Of a DNA stretch of 64,000 nt, positions 1 through 9,921 are shown in pieces. The position numbers were made by a program, and so were the translations under genes. Positions within the stretch are counted from its first letter, which is position 1, and each line of letters begins with the position of its first letter. The stretch comes from an uncultured Acidobacteriota bacterium (lineage in GTDB: Bacteria > Acidobacteriota > Thermoanaerobaculia > Gp7-AA8). A model generated the notes under the pieces. The model worked only from the letters and a program-made list of their open reading frames with translations, was not told the DNA's origin and did no database searches. Location: assembly GCA_963741955.1 (NCBI GenBank), contig CAVUKB010000007.1, positions 864,001-928,000 on the forward strand, given 5' to 3'.

Positions 1-1353
1 TACCGCAACTCGATCACCATCGGCGGTGCATTCTTCTTTTCCGGCTTCGTGCTCCTGATGGTGCCTCACCAGGTGGGGATTTTCTATCTCGCACTGGTCT
101 GTCTGGTCACCGGGAACGGCTTCTTCAAACCGAACGTCTCGTCGATGGTCGGTAACCTCTACAAGGAGGGGAGCCATCTCAAGGACCGGGCGTACCTGGT
201 GTTCTACATGGGGATCAACATCGGTGCGTTCATCGCGCCGATCAGCGCCGAATACGTGAAGACGCACTGGGGCTTCAACCGGGCGTTCGGCGTCGCCGCC
301 CTCGGGATGATCATCTCGATGGCGGTCTTCTGGGGTTTCCGGCGGTTCACCAGGGGTGCAGACCGGGTTCACGGAGACTTCGTCGATTCGGACTCAGCGA
401 AGGAGCAGGCCGAAGCGGTGGCGGTCACTGAGGACCTTCCGCCGAACGCGAAGCACGAGGCGATGATCGCAGTTCCGGAGTGGAAACGGATCGTCGCGCT
501 GATCGTGATCTTCCTGATCGTGATCGTCTTCTGGATGATCTTCCATCAGAACGGCAGCACCCTGACCTTCTGGGCGAACGACAACACGAACTGGAACGTG
601 ACCGGGATCATCTCGAACGCGATCAATCCGTTCTGGATCATCACCCTCTCGCTTCCTCTCGCGTGGTTCTGGGGCTTTCTCGACCGGCGGGGGCTCGAGC
701 CTTCCACGCCGACCAAGATCGCGATGGGGATGCTGCTGACCGGTTGTTCACTCATGATCCTCTATTTCGCCGCCCTCTCCGGTGGCTACACGAAACCCTC
801 GACGCGGATCATCGCGCCGGCGCCCGCCGCGAATCACTACTACGTGCAACTCGCACCGGGGCTGATGGAGAAGATGAAGATCGAGACGGCGCCGATGGAG
901 ATCGAAGTTCCGGAGGCGGCGCGAAGCACGAACGGACATCCGACCATGGAGGTCTGGGAAGTCGAGAACACCGGAAACGCGATTCTGAAGCACAACGACC
1001 CGGTGCGCATCGAAAGTGCCGAGGGAGGGAAGATCATCGTCGCCCCGGCGAAGAAGGTCTCACCATGGTGGCTGATCATGTCGTACTTCGTGATCTCTCT
1101 CGGAGAGCTGATGCTCAGTCCCATGGGGCTCGCTCTGGTCTCGAAGGTCGCTCCTCCGCGGATGCGGGGACTGATGATGGGCGGATGGTTTCTGGCGACT
1201 GCAATCGGCAACAAACTGACCGCGATCGGCGCGTTCTGGGACGTCTGGAGTCACGCTCAGTTTTTCATCACTCTAGCGCTGATGGCATTCGTAATGGCGG
1301 CCGTGCTCTTCGTTCTCATACGGCCGCTGAAGAAAGCGATGCCGGGCGTGTGA
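1..1353 (+). CDS. POT/PTR family proton-dependent oligopeptide transporter (5' truncated by window edge)
   Basis: Frame open from base 1; motifs GNGFFKPN, FYMGINIGA and GELMLSPMG; many TM segments. Confidence 0.92.
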   Translation, partial: YRNSITIGGAFFFSGFVLLMVPHQVGIFYLALVCLVTGNGFFKPNVSSMVGNLYKEGSHLKDRAYLVFYMGINIGAFIAPISAEYVKTHWGFNRAFGVAALGMIISMAVFWGFRRFTRGADRVHGDFVDSDSAKEQAEAVAVTEDLPPNAKHEAMIAVPEWKRIVALIVIFLIVIVFWMIFHQNGSTLTFWANDNTNWNVTGIISNAINPFWIITLSLPLAWFWGFLDRRGLEPSTPTKIAMGMLLTGCSLMILYFAALSGGYTKPSTRIIAPAPAANHYYVQLAPGLMEKMKIETAPMEIEVPEAARSTNGHPTMEVWEVENTGNAILKHNDPVRIESAEGGKIIVAPAKKVSPWWLIMSYFVISLGELMLSPMGLALVSKVAPPRMRGLMMGGWFLATAIGNKLTAIGAFWDVWSHAQFFITLALMAFVMAAVLFVLIRPLKKAMPGV

Positions 1354-1406
1354 GGCAGATGGTGCGCGGCTGATCTCAGCGGCGGCACGAAATCGGAAAG
1401 ACGACG

Positions 1407-1440
1407 AGGCGGGCGGATTCGATCCGTCCGCCTTTTTCTT
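1407..1440 (+). terminator. Rho-independent terminator
   Basis: AGGCGGGCGGA-ttcga-TCCGTCCGCCT followed by a T-rich tract after the POT stop. Confidence 0.8.
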
Positions 1441-1535
1441 GCAGCAGCGCCGTTCGCCCGGCTTTCCGCGTCCGGCCGGATCTGTGAGAATGGCACGGGA
1501 GATTGATCTTCCCCGGCTCGAGGGCCACACCAGCG

Positions 1536-2633
1536 ATGACGACCAGACGATCAGACGATGCCGACCCGCCGAAAGGGGTCATGTCTGACGTTCCGCTCTC
1601 GTCTCTCACTACTCTGGGAGTCGGCGGTCCGGCGCGCTGGTTCCTCGAAGTCGCGAGCGTCGAGCAACTGAAAGACGCACTTCGCTGGAGCGTGACTCGC
1701 GAGCTGCCGTTTTTCATTCTCGGGGGAGGCAGCAATCTGCTGGTGGTGGACTCCGGATTCGACGGGCTGGTGGTGAAGATCGCATTACGAGGGATCGATG
1801 TTCGCGAAGACGGCGAATCGGTCCTGGTGCGGGCCGCGGCAGGGGAGCGCTGGGATGACCTCGTCCTGTTTGCGGTGGAGCGCGACCTCGCCGGAGTCGA
1901 GTGCCTTTCCGGGATTCCCGGGCTGGTCGGCGCGACTCCGATCCAGAACGTCGGCGCATACGGACAGGAAGTGAGCGAGACGATCGAAGAAGTGGAAGTG
2001 CTCGAGATTGCCTCCGGCGAGATCAGTCGCCTCTCCAACGCCGATTGCCGGTTCGGCTACCGCCAGAGCATCTTCAAGCGGGAAGCGAAAGGGCGATTCG
2101 TGGTGCTCGGCGTCACGTATCGATTGACTCGCGGTGGGGCTCCTGCTCTCCGTTACCCCGATCTGCAGAGGATGGTCGAGCATGGTGGCAACCGTGAACC
2201 CTCGCTGGCCGACGTGCGGGAATCGGTGATCGCGATTCGGCGGAAGAAAGGAATGGTTCTCGATCCCGGCGATCTCGACACGCGGAGTGCCGGCTCGTTC
2301 TTCATGAATCCCGTGGTCTCGCAGGATGCATACGAGGAGGTGGTCGCCCGTGCGCGGGACGCCGGGATTCCGCGAGAGGAGAAAGTCCCGTCCTACCCGC
2401 AGGGGAACGAGGTCAAACTCTCCGCAGCGTGGCTGATCGAAAAGGCAGGATTCCACCGCGGATACGGAGCCGGACGCGCCGCCCTCTCCACGAAGCACAC
2501 GCTCGCGGTGACGAACCGCGGGAATGCGACCGCAGAAGAGGTCCTTGGTCTGGTCCGTGAGATTCAGGACGGGGTGGAAGGAAAATTCGGGTTGCGCCTC
2601 GATCCGGAGCCGGAGATCGTGGGAGAGAGGTGA
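1536..2633 (+). CDS. murB: UDP-N-acetylmuramate dehydrogenase
   Basis: LGGGSNLL, GIPGLVGATPIQNVGAYG, SAGSFFMNP, KLSAAWLIE; start uncertain (1536 or 1581). Confidence 0.95.
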   Translation: MTTRRSDDADPPKGVMSDVPLSSLTTLGVGGPARWFLEVASVEQLKDALRWSVTRELPFFILGGGSNLLVVDSGFDGLVVKIALRGIDVREDGESVLVRAAAGERWDDLVLFAVERDLAGVECLSGIPGLVGATPIQNVGAYGQEVSETIEEVEVLEIASGEISRLSNADCRFGYRQSIFKREAKGRFVVLGVTYRLTRGGAPALRYPDLQRMVEHGGNREPSLADVRESVIAIRRKKGMVLDPGDLDTRSAGSFFMNPVVSQDAYEEVVARARDAGIPREEKVPSYPQGNEVKLSAAWLIEKAGFHRGYGAGRAALSTKHTLAVTNRGNATAEEVLGLVREIQDGVEGKFGLRLDPEPEIVGER

Positions 2634-2662
2634 TCGAGCTTACCGACCAGCCTGGCGGCGGG

Positions 2663-3346
2663 CTACCGGAGATGCTCTTCCTCGAGCACCTGAGTGATGA
2701 CGTCGAGGTCGACGCTGCGTTCGAGATACTCCCAGATTGCGAGAACGTCTTCCCGGTACGGCATGTGCGCCTCGCCTGCGGCGATGAGGGAGAACTTCGC
2801 GCGGTTGTACCACTTGCGGGCTTCGTCGGGATTGAGGTGGAGCCGTTCGCGGGCGTGCTGGACGAGAAGAAGCTCGTCGCTGGAGACGCGTGGTCCTGCG
2901 ACGATGCGCCGCACCGAGCGTTGCGCCTGTATCTTCTGCTGCTTCGCGAGGAGGACCTCTTTCTTCCGGTCGAGCGACGCGTCGTCCGGGCGCGCCTGAG
3001 CCGATTCGACCAGCTGGCGGAGGGCGTCGCGTGATTTCGCGAGATCTCCGTCCATCCGAAACCCGCTCCGATACATCAGTTTTCCCTGCTCATTTGCGCG
3101 CTTCGAGAGATGACTCCAGACCACCCGTGCGGGAAGCGAGAACGAGTGGCCTCGCGGCGTGAGCTGGAATGTGATCTTTCCGGTGGTTCCGGGCCGGAGA
3201 GCGACCTCGTGCTCGGCTTGAACTCCTCGCTCCGCAAAGTCGAAGATGGCGATCTCCGACCCCGCGAAAGCTCCTCCGAGAGGTGGCTGGACGATGTAAC
3301 GTTCGACACTCCGCGCTTCCCGGACGTCCATGTCTTCCGCAGCCAT
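2663..3346 (-). CDS. PilZ-domain protein with C-terminal helical extension
   Basis: RSVER (RxxxR), DFAERG, ARVVWS...YRSGFRM typical of the PilZ barrel. Confidence 0.7.
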   Translation of the reverse strand: MAAEDMDVREARSVERYIVQPPLGGAFAGSEIAIFDFAERGVQAEHEVALRPGTTGKITFQLTPRGHSFSLPARVVWSHLSKRANEQGKLMYRSGFRMDGDLAKSRDALRQLVESAQARPDDASLDRKKEVLLAKQQKIQAQRSVRRIVAGPRVSSDELLLVQHARERLHLNPDEARKWYNRAKFSLIAAGEAHMPYREDVLAIWEYLERSVDLDVITQVLEEEHLR

Positions 3347-3416
3347 GGTCCCTTTATACCGCGATTCGGGAGGTGTGAGAAGGCGGGCGCCTCTCGGTTT
3401 TCCGCCGTTGCGGCCG

Positions 3417-3842
3417 TCATCTTTCGGTCGCTTCGTACCAGGGAAGCATCTGCTCCCGAAGATCGTCCGGCACCGGCACCGGTTCGAACTCTCCCTTCCG
3501 CACCGTGACCACGATGTACTTCCCGCTCGCGACTACCTGCTCCGGGGTGTCTTTCTTGCGAACCTCGAAATGGAGATGAATGGAGGTTCGTCCGATCTTA
3601 CCGAACCAGGCGTCGACGACGAGGAGATCGTCCAGGCGAACCGGGTAATGAAAATCGCATTCGACGTGCACGCGTGGAAGCCACACGCCGATCTCGTCGA
3701 ACAGCTTCCGGTAAGTCAGTCCCGCGTGTCGGAACAGCTCGACCTCTGCGAGCCCGAAGAAGCGGAGGTAGGCCTGGTAGTTGATGATGCCGGCCGCGTC
3801 GATGTCTTCCCAGCGAACGTATTCTTCGACTTTGTAGCGCAT
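3417..3842 (-). CDS. Acyl-CoA thioesterase (YbgC/4-HBT hotdog family)
   Basis: VRWEDIDAAGIINY motif; ATG at 3842; the longer ORF runs through a repeat. Confidence 0.88.
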   Translation of the reverse strand: MRYKVEEYVRWEDIDAAGIINYQAYLRFFGLAEVELFRHAGLTYRKLFDEIGVWLPRVHVECDFHYPVRLDDLLVVDAWFGKIGRTSIHLHFEVRKKDTPEQVVASGKYIVVTVRKGEFEPVPVPDDLREQMLPWYEATER

Positions 3843-3920
3843 CGGGCTCGTCTCCGATCTCAGTGCGACCATTCTGTCAGGTCCGTGAAGGCGTGGCCCG
3901 CATTTCTCACACCGTCTCGA

Positions 3921-4099
3921 CGCGAGCTTGCCGGGCAGCGAAGGATCCCCTCTCCGAGGGGCGCCACGGCTCCCGCCGCGGCCGCGCAGATCGCCTTCAG
4001 AACGCAACGAGACGACACCTGCGGCAGATGCGCAGTAACTCCGCGCATCAGCTCTGTGAACACCCACAGCGCCCCTGAAGTTCGGGCCATTGGGGCTGA
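3921..4099 (-). repeat. 179-bp structured dispersed repeat, family A copy 1
   Basis: Reverse complement matches 22351-22529 with about ten substitutions by eye. Confidence 0.92.
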
Positions 4100-4280
4100 C
4101 CCGCATTTCTCACACCATCTCTGCTGCGGAGACGGATAGCGGCCTGTCTGCTGCGTTGCACTCCAGCTTCGGCTACTCAACATAGTCACCACTATGCCTT
4201 CGTCGCCGAAGCGGGGTGCGCCTTGCATCCAGGCTGCTCTCCGCCTCCTCGCGACGAGATGGTGTGAGAAAAGCGGGTTA
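4097..4280. mobile_element. MITE-like palindromic element, family B
   Basis: 25-bp TIR TGACCCGCATTTCTCACACCATCTC / GAGATGGTGTGAGAAAAGCGGGTTA; self-complementary interior; extra left-TIR copy at 3897-3918. Confidence 0.78.
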
Positions 4281-4353
4281 AGAGTCTGCTCGGTGGTTCG
4301 GGCTCTCGCGTGGATGGGATGCGCTCCGCAGTCCGGCGCCCCACGGAACTGCG

Positions 4354-4980
4354 TTATTCGGACGGGACGACCGGCTGCGGGGCGGGAAGCTTCTCCGGGA
4401 CGTGCTGCTCGCGGATCGCCGCGTAGTAACGGACCGCGGCGCGGCCGATGCTTCTCACCGCGAAGTAATTGATCGACGCTCCGAGCGCACCACCCGCGAC
4501 CGGTACGAGAGTTCCGAGCCGTTCCGCGAACATCCGGCTGCCGAGCTTCGACGCGATCGCCTTCACCGCTTCGTGTTCTGCGCTCCGGCGCACGACTGCA
4601 GAGCCGAGCCTCCCCGCAGCGGTCGCGCCGCTGGCGATGGCAAACACCGCGGCGATCTCCTGCAGCCGTTCTTCCACCCGGGGACTCTGACCGTAGATCG
4701 CGGCGATGGAGAGCACCAGACGGCTCTGCTCGCGCACCAGGTTGAAGATGTCCGGAGCCATCGCGAGGAGCGCCCACGCACCGCCGGCGGCGCCTGCTGC
4801 CGCGCCCCACCCGGCGGTTCGCCGAGCCGACCGGCGGATCAGCGTCCGCGCGAGATCGCGCTCCTCTGCGGCCGGCCATCGCCGCCGGAGCTCGTCCACG
4901 TCGCGCACGATCGCTCCGGCGTCGATGTCGTGCACCAGCCTTTCGATTGCGCGATACGCACGTAGCGATTTGAGGATCAT
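4354..4980 (-). CDS. EcsC-family-like protein
   Basis: GAAAGAAGG helix, IAAIYG, LVPVAGGALGASINY..VRSIGRAAVRYY. Confidence 0.7.
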   Translation of the reverse strand: MILKSLRAYRAIERLVHDIDAGAIVRDVDELRRRWPAAEERDLARTLIRRSARRTAGWGAAAGAAGGAWALLAMAPDIFNLVREQSRLVLSIAAIYGQSPRVEERLQEIAAVFAIASGATAAGRLGSAVVRRSAEHEAVKAIASKLGSRMFAERLGTLVPVAGGALGASINYFAVRSIGRAAVRYYAAIREQHVPEKLPAPQPVVPSE

Positions 4981-5246
4981 GCGAATGATGACCACGGAAC
5001 GCCTGCACGAATTCCACCGGGTAGCCCGAGGCCGGACGCGGACTCGACGGTGGACCGCTCGCCTGGTCGAGAATGCCCGTCCCCACCGGGCGGCCGCGGT
5101 CAGCCGGGGGTGATCTATACACCGTTCTCGCGACGGACATTTCGACCGCGCCGCCTTCGTCTGAATGGCCCGCGTTAACCTCGCGGCCGCCTCGAGCGTA
5201 TCTACCGGTGAATCGACCGGGCGGAGCCCGAAATGGAGGTCACACC

Positions 5247-5678
5247 ATGGAAGCCTGGATTCCAATCGTGCTGTTCATCACACTCTTTTCCATGATCTCG
5301 TTCGTGGTCTGGGTCGGAGGCCGCACCCGTCGGGAGCGCATCCGCTCGATGACCGAGCTGCAGAACCGGATGCTGGACCGCTTCGCCACCGCCGCGGAGT
5401 TCGTCGACTTTGCACGAACCGAAGAAGGACGCCGCTTCCTCGAATCAGCGACGAAGGATCGCTGGAGCCCGGCCAGCGGGATTCTCTGGTCGGTGCGGCT
5501 CGGACTCGTCGGCGCGCTGCTCGGCATCGGCTTTCTCGTTCTGTACTTCGTCGAGACCGATTTCGTCATTCCCGGCGTCCTGGTCCTCGCCATCGGCCTC
5601 GGGTTCCTGATGTCTGCCGCCGTTTCGCAGAAACTGGTTCGCAAGTGGGGACTGTTGCAGGACGAGAGCGGGACGTAA
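5247..5678 (+). CDS. Small 3-TM membrane protein upstream of ECF sigma factor (DUF6249-like)
   Basis: RBS GGAGG, one N-terminal TM and two C-terminal TMs. Confidence 0.7.
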   Translation: MEAWIPIVLFITLFSMISFVVWVGGRTRRERIRSMTELQNRMLDRFATAAEFVDFARTEEGRRFLESATKDRWSPASGILWSVRLGLVGALLGIGFLVLYFVETDFVIPGVLVLAIGLGFLMSAAVSQKLVRKWGLLQDESGT

Positions 5679-5705
5679 GCTGTCCGGAAGGAAAGATCGG
5701 ACGAG

Positions 5706-6269
5706 ATGGAGAGTGCTCCGGCAATGCGTGCCGCCCTCGGCGCATCCTCGCCAGAGAGGGCGATGAGCGAGGCCGAGTTCGAGGCCTTCTACCGGAGGAC
5801 CGCTCGCCCGCTGTGGGGCTATCTCTACCGTCTCTGCTCGGATCCGGAGTTGACCGATGATCTGACGCAGCGTGCGTTTCTCCGCTTTCTCGACAATGCA
5901 TCGGGCGATGCATCGGAGGCTCAATTGCGTGGATTCCTCTTCACCGTGGCCACGAATCTGCTCAACGATCACTGGCGCTCGGAAGCGCGGAGGTCGCGTT
6001 GGGAGCGCAATCGGGGGAGCGAGCCGCGTTCGCAGTCGGAAGGCGTCGAATCGATCCATCTGAGTCGGGACATCGGCCGGCTTTTCGAAACTCTCCAGCC
6101 CCGGGAGAAAGAGCTCCTCTGGCTCGCGCACGTGGAGGAGGCGGACCACGCGGAGATCGCGGCGGCAGTCGGAGTGAAGGAGGGGAGCGTCAAGGTCCTG
6201 TTGTTCCGCGCGAGAAAGAAGCTCGCCGCACTTCTCACGCGCAACGGGATCTACGGCGGATCGAGGTGA
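5706..6269 (+). CDS. ECF RNA polymerase sigma factor
   Basis: DDLTQRAFLRF, FLFTVATNLLNDHWR, EIAAAVGVKEGSVKVLLFRARKKL. Confidence 0.93.
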   Translation: MESAPAMRAALGASSPERAMSEAEFEAFYRRTARPLWGYLYRLCSDPELTDDLTQRAFLRFLDNASGDASEAQLRGFLFTVATNLLNDHWRSEARRSRWERNRGSEPRSQSEGVESIHLSRDIGRLFETLQPREKELLWLAHVEEADHAEIAAAVGVKEGSVKVLLFRARKKLAALLTRNGIYGGSR

Positions 6270-6273
6270 AGCA

Positions 6274-6744
6274 ATGAAGAAATCGTGTCCATTCGAGTCG
6301 CGCGTCGCGTCGATCCGGCAGGAGGCGACGCCGGAGATCGATGCTCATCTCGAGCAATGCGAGAGCTGCCGGCGCACCGTGCTGGTGACTCGGGCGATGC
6401 GCGACCTCGTGTCCGAACCGATCGCGCAACGGAGTCTCGCCGACCCGCGATTGATCTGGCTGAAATCGCGGATCGTCGGACACCGCGAGGCCGTGGCCAG
6501 GGCACGCCGCCCGTTCGAGCTCGCGAGCTTCGCGGCCTATCTGATCGTCGCCTGCAGCTGGGCGCTGGTGCTGGTGTGGAAATGGCCGGCAATCCAGGCG
6601 CTGCTCGCTGACTTCGATCTGCGCAAGCAGCTGGTCCTTTCGGTCTTCGGCCAGAGCGGGCTCTCCATGCAGTTTCTGGCGATCCTGATGGTGCTCACGT
6701 TCCTCACGTTCGGCCTGACCCTCCACTCCGCACTCGGAGAGTAG
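6274..6744 (+). CDS. Zinc-binding membrane anti-sigma factor
   Basis: HLEQCESC (HxxxCxxC), two TMs, directly after the ECF gene. Confidence 0.8.
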   Translation: MKKSCPFESRVASIRQEATPEIDAHLEQCESCRRTVLVTRAMRDLVSEPIAQRSLADPRLIWLKSRIVGHREAVARARRPFELASFAAYLIVACSWALVLVWKWPAIQALLADFDLRKQLVLSVFGQSGLSMQFLAILMVLTFLTFGLTLHSALGE

Positions 6745-6857
6745 AGTTCCGGGCGGGTGTCCGGTTCAGCGCTCCGCCGGCTTCTCCGGAGGGAACGGGC
6801 GGTCGGCACGCGCGAGGAACAATTCGCGGACCTCCCTGCAGGTCACGCGAAATCCAT

Positions 6858-6910
6858 TTGACAGCATCTCCTTCCGGGGGTATGTTTCAAAAACATATCG
6901 ATCGTTCGGT
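6858..6910 (+). promoter_or_regulatory. sigma70 promoter with downstream imperfect palindrome (candidate operator)
   Basis: TTGACA-17-TATGTT; ATCGATCGTTCGGT at 6897-6910. Confidence 0.6.
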
Positions 6911-6965
6911 TTTTGCAGTTTTCGATTGACCCGCTACAGAGGGCTTCAGCGCCCGGGAGGAGCTC

Positions 6966-9761
6966 ATGGCCGGCACCCGTCTTCGTACGCTCGCAACAGG
7001 TGGTTTCATCCGCCTGCTCACCATCATCGCGGCACTCGCCGTCTTTCTCGCGCTTCCACTTCAGGCTCAGGTCGACCGCGCAGTGGTCGAGATCAGCGTC
7101 ACCGACTCGAGCGGCGCGGCTCTCCCCGGCGTGACGGTCACCGTAACCCGTCCGGAGACCGGCTATCAGTCCCTCGCCGTCACCGCGGGGAACGGGACCG
7201 CGCGCGTTCCGTCCCTCTCGCCCGGAACTTACGAAGTCGCGTTCACTCTCGAAGGCTTCGCTCCGGTGACCGAGAAAAACCTCGTTCTCCGGGTCGGGCA
7301 GACCGCGCGCCTGAACATCGTGCTCAATCCCGCCACCTCGGAGTCCATCACCGTCACCGCGCAGTCCCAGGTGGTGGACGTCTACAAGTCGGACGATTCG
7401 ACGAACATCGTGCCTGAGGCGATCCAGTCGCTTCCGGTCGCGGACCGCGACTTCCAGCGACTCGCGTTCATCGCCCCGGGTGTGCAGCGCGAGCGCGGCG
7501 ACTACCGCTTCATCGGCGGCGGCCCGGTTCTCGGCAGCGGCTCCAACGCCAGCCAGGCCACCATCCTGGTCGACGGCGTCGACTTCACCGATCCTGCCCT
7601 CGGGCTCGCCCGCACCCGCTTCAGCCAGGACGCGATCCGCGAGTTCCGCGTGATCGCCAACCGCTTCGACACCGAGATCGGCGGCTCCGCAGGCGGCGCC
7701 CTCTCGATCGTCACCAAGAGCGGAACGAACGATGTCGACGGGACAGTCTTCGGCTTCTATCGCGACAAGTCGCTTCGTGCGAAAGGCGCGCTGGAACAGA
7801 AGAACAACGATTTCAGCCGCGGTCAATACGGCTTTACCGTCGGCGGCCCGATCATTCTCGATCGTCTTCACTACTTCGTCTCCACTGAATTCATCGACCA
7901 GCAGACGGTCGCCCTCTTCCGTCCGGGTGGAGCCTACGCCCCCCTCGCGGCCGACGTGAATCATCCGATGAACCAGACGCTCGCATTCGCCGGACTCGAC
8001 TCCCAGTTCGGGACCAATCACACCGGCGCGGCGAAGTTCGTCTACGAGAAGTACCAGGAAGACAACTTCCGCGTCGGCGGCATCTCCGATGTCTCCTACG
8101 GCCAGCAGCTCAATCGCGACAACTGGAACGTAACCCTGGAAGACAGCTGGGTGGTCTCTTCGAACAAGCTCAACGAAGCTCGATTCCAGGCCGGCTCGCG
8201 GAAGTACGACGAGCCGCCCAACGCGCCCGCCGGCACTCCCGCCGAGTGGTTCTCGAGCGGAAATACGCTCCAGACCGGGACGAACATCCTCGGAAACCTT
8301 CTCGGATCCGGTGATCAGTTCGAGCTTCGCGACACTTTCTACGACTTCATCCCGGTCGGGAAAAGCTCGCACGACCTGAAGGCCGGCTTCTCCGCACAGC
8401 GGATCAAAGAGCGCTCGCGCATCGACACCTTCCAGGACGGGCTCTTCGTCTATTACTCCGACGACCGCTCGTTCCCGCTGTCGTATCTGTACGGCGTCGG
8501 ATCGGCCGACGTCCGTCTCAACACCACCCGCTACGGCGCGTTCGTGGAAGACAGCTGGCGGCCGAACACGAAGCTGATGGTCAACCTGGGGCTTCGCTAC
8601 GACCTCGACACCAACGGGAACAATCCCGGTTTCCATCACACGCTCGTTCCCAACGGCCGTAAACGCGACACCAACAACTGGCAGCCTCGCTTGTCATTCA
8701 CCTACGATCTCGCCGGCAACGGTGCGAACGTGATCCGCGGCGGCGTCGGGAAATTCATCGGACGCTTCATTCTCGTCCCCGCCTTCACGGAGCTCCAGCA
8801 GAACGGCGAGACGGGACGGCTTCTGATCACACGCGTGAATGGTCTTCTGTTCGGACTTCCCGCGTTCGCCCTCGACCCGGCGCATCCGACAACCACCGGG
8901 ATTCCGCTCAAACCACAGATCACGCTTCTCGACAGTACTTTCGTCTCGCCGGAATCGACCCAGACGAGCCTCGGATACACCATGCGCCTCGGCCACACCG
9001 GCCTCTATCTCGACGCCGAAGGGATCTACGCCGAGGGGACGAAGGAGATCGTCGTCCGCGACACGAACTGGGGCGGGAACTCCAATCCGGTTCGGCCGAA
9101 CGCGAATTACGATCAGATCAACACGTACACGAACCAGGGGCACTCCGTGTACAAGGCGGCGGTGCTGAGTCTGAACGGCACCCTTCCCGGAGGACATCTC
9201 CTCACCAGCTCCATCACTCTGGCCGACAAGAAGAACATCAGCGACGACTTCAGTCCGGTCTTCCCGTTCGGCTACCCGAACGATCCGGCGAACATCGAAG
9301 CGGAGTATGGACGCAGCCGGGCCGACGAGCGTTACCGCGTCGTCCTGAGCGGCGTCTTCAAGCTCCCGTGGAAGCTGACGGTCGCACCGATCTACGAGTA
9401 CGGATCGGGACAGCCGTGGAATCTCCGGCTCGGCTACGACTACAACGGCGACGGGAAGAACTCCGACCGGCCGGCCGGTGTGGGCCGGAACTCGATGGAC
9501 GGCCCGGCATTCCAGCAGCTCAGCCTCCGGGTGACCAAGACCATCCCGGTTGGAAGCAACTCGGTCGATCTGATCGCCGAGGCTTTCAACCTGACCGACG
9601 TCACGAACTACGACGTGAGCTCGATCGACGCGGCGAAGTATCTGGCCGGACCGACACTCGCGAATCCGACCGCGCCGTACGTCGCGAATCCGAGCTTCGG
9701 GAAGTATCGCGCGACGCTTCCGTCGCGTGAGATTCAGCTCGGCGTCCGCTGGGCATTCTGA
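6966..9761 (+). CDS. TonB-dependent receptor, Oar type, with N-terminal carboxypeptidase-regulatory-like domain
   Basis: Signal peptide, DSSGAALPGVTVT, DAIREFRV, TKSGTN, C-terminal REIQLGVRWAF. Confidence 0.92.
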   Translation: MAGTRLRTLATGGFIRLLTIIAALAVFLALPLQAQVDRAVVEISVTDSSGAALPGVTVTVTRPETGYQSLAVTAGNGTARVPSLSPGTYEVAFTLEGFAPVTEKNLVLRVGQTARLNIVLNPATSESITVTAQSQVVDVYKSDDSTNIVPEAIQSLPVADRDFQRLAFIAPGVQRERGDYRFIGGGPVLGSGSNASQATILVDGVDFTDPALGLARTRFSQDAIREFRVIANRFDTEIGGSAGGALSIVTKSGTNDVDGTVFGFYRDKSLRAKGALEQKNNDFSRGQYGFTVGGPIILDRLHYFVSTEFIDQQTVALFRPGGAYAPLAADVNHPMNQTLAFAGLDSQFGTNHTGAAKFVYEKYQEDNFRVGGISDVSYGQQLNRDNWNVTLEDSWVVSSNKLNEARFQAGSRKYDEPPNAPAGTPAEWFSSGNTLQTGTNILGNLLGSGDQFELRDTFYDFIPVGKSSHDLKAGFSAQRIKERSRIDTFQDGLFVYYSDDRSFPLSYLYGVGSADVRLNTTRYGAFVEDSWRPNTKLMVNLGLRYDLDTNGNNPGFHHTLVPNGRKRDTNNWQPRLSFTYDLAGNGANVIRGGVGKFIGRFILVPAFTELQQNGETGRLLITRVNGLLFGLPAFALDPAHPTTTGIPLKPQITLLDSTFVSPESTQTSLGYTMRLGHTGLYLDAEGIYAEGTKEIVVRDTNWGGNSNPVRPNANYDQINTYTNQGHSVYKAAVLSLNGTLPGGHLLTSSITLADKKNISDDFSPVFPFGYPNDPANIEAEYGRSRADERYRVVLSGVFKLPWKLTVAPIYEYGSGQPWNLRLGYDYNGDGKNSDRPAGVGRNSMDGPAFQQLSLRVTKTIPVGSNSVDLIAEAFNLTDVTNYDVSSIDAAKYLAGPTLANPTAPYVANPSFGKYRATLPSREIQLGVRWAF

Positions 9762-9765
9762 TCTC

Positions 9766-9799
9766 GAGGGAGCGCAGGCTTCACGGCCTGCGCTCCCTC
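9766..9799. repeat. Perfect 14-bp hairpin (REP-like, mRNA stability or attenuation element)
   Basis: GAGGGAGCGCAGGC-ttcacg-GCCTGCGCTCCCTC with no T-tract. Confidence 0.65.
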
Positions 9800-9921
9800 A
9801 CCCCGATCGTGGGGACGAGCAGAGAGGCCAGAGCCAGGGCCCACCCTTCCGGCCGCCGCAGCGACACTCGACATTTCACGATGACCGTCCATACAACGAA
9901 CAGCACTCCGGGAGAATCCAA

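Noticed and set aside
3921-4099. Repeat A as 6S RNA, tRNA or a known riboswitch
   Set aside because: No long rod with central bubble, cloverleaf or recognisable aptamer; multicopy with an IS-like end
3843-4106. Near-identical N-terminal extensions on the thioesterase and malic enzyme ORFs (also 22383-22655)
   Set aside because: They are translations of repeat A; plausible starts lie downstream
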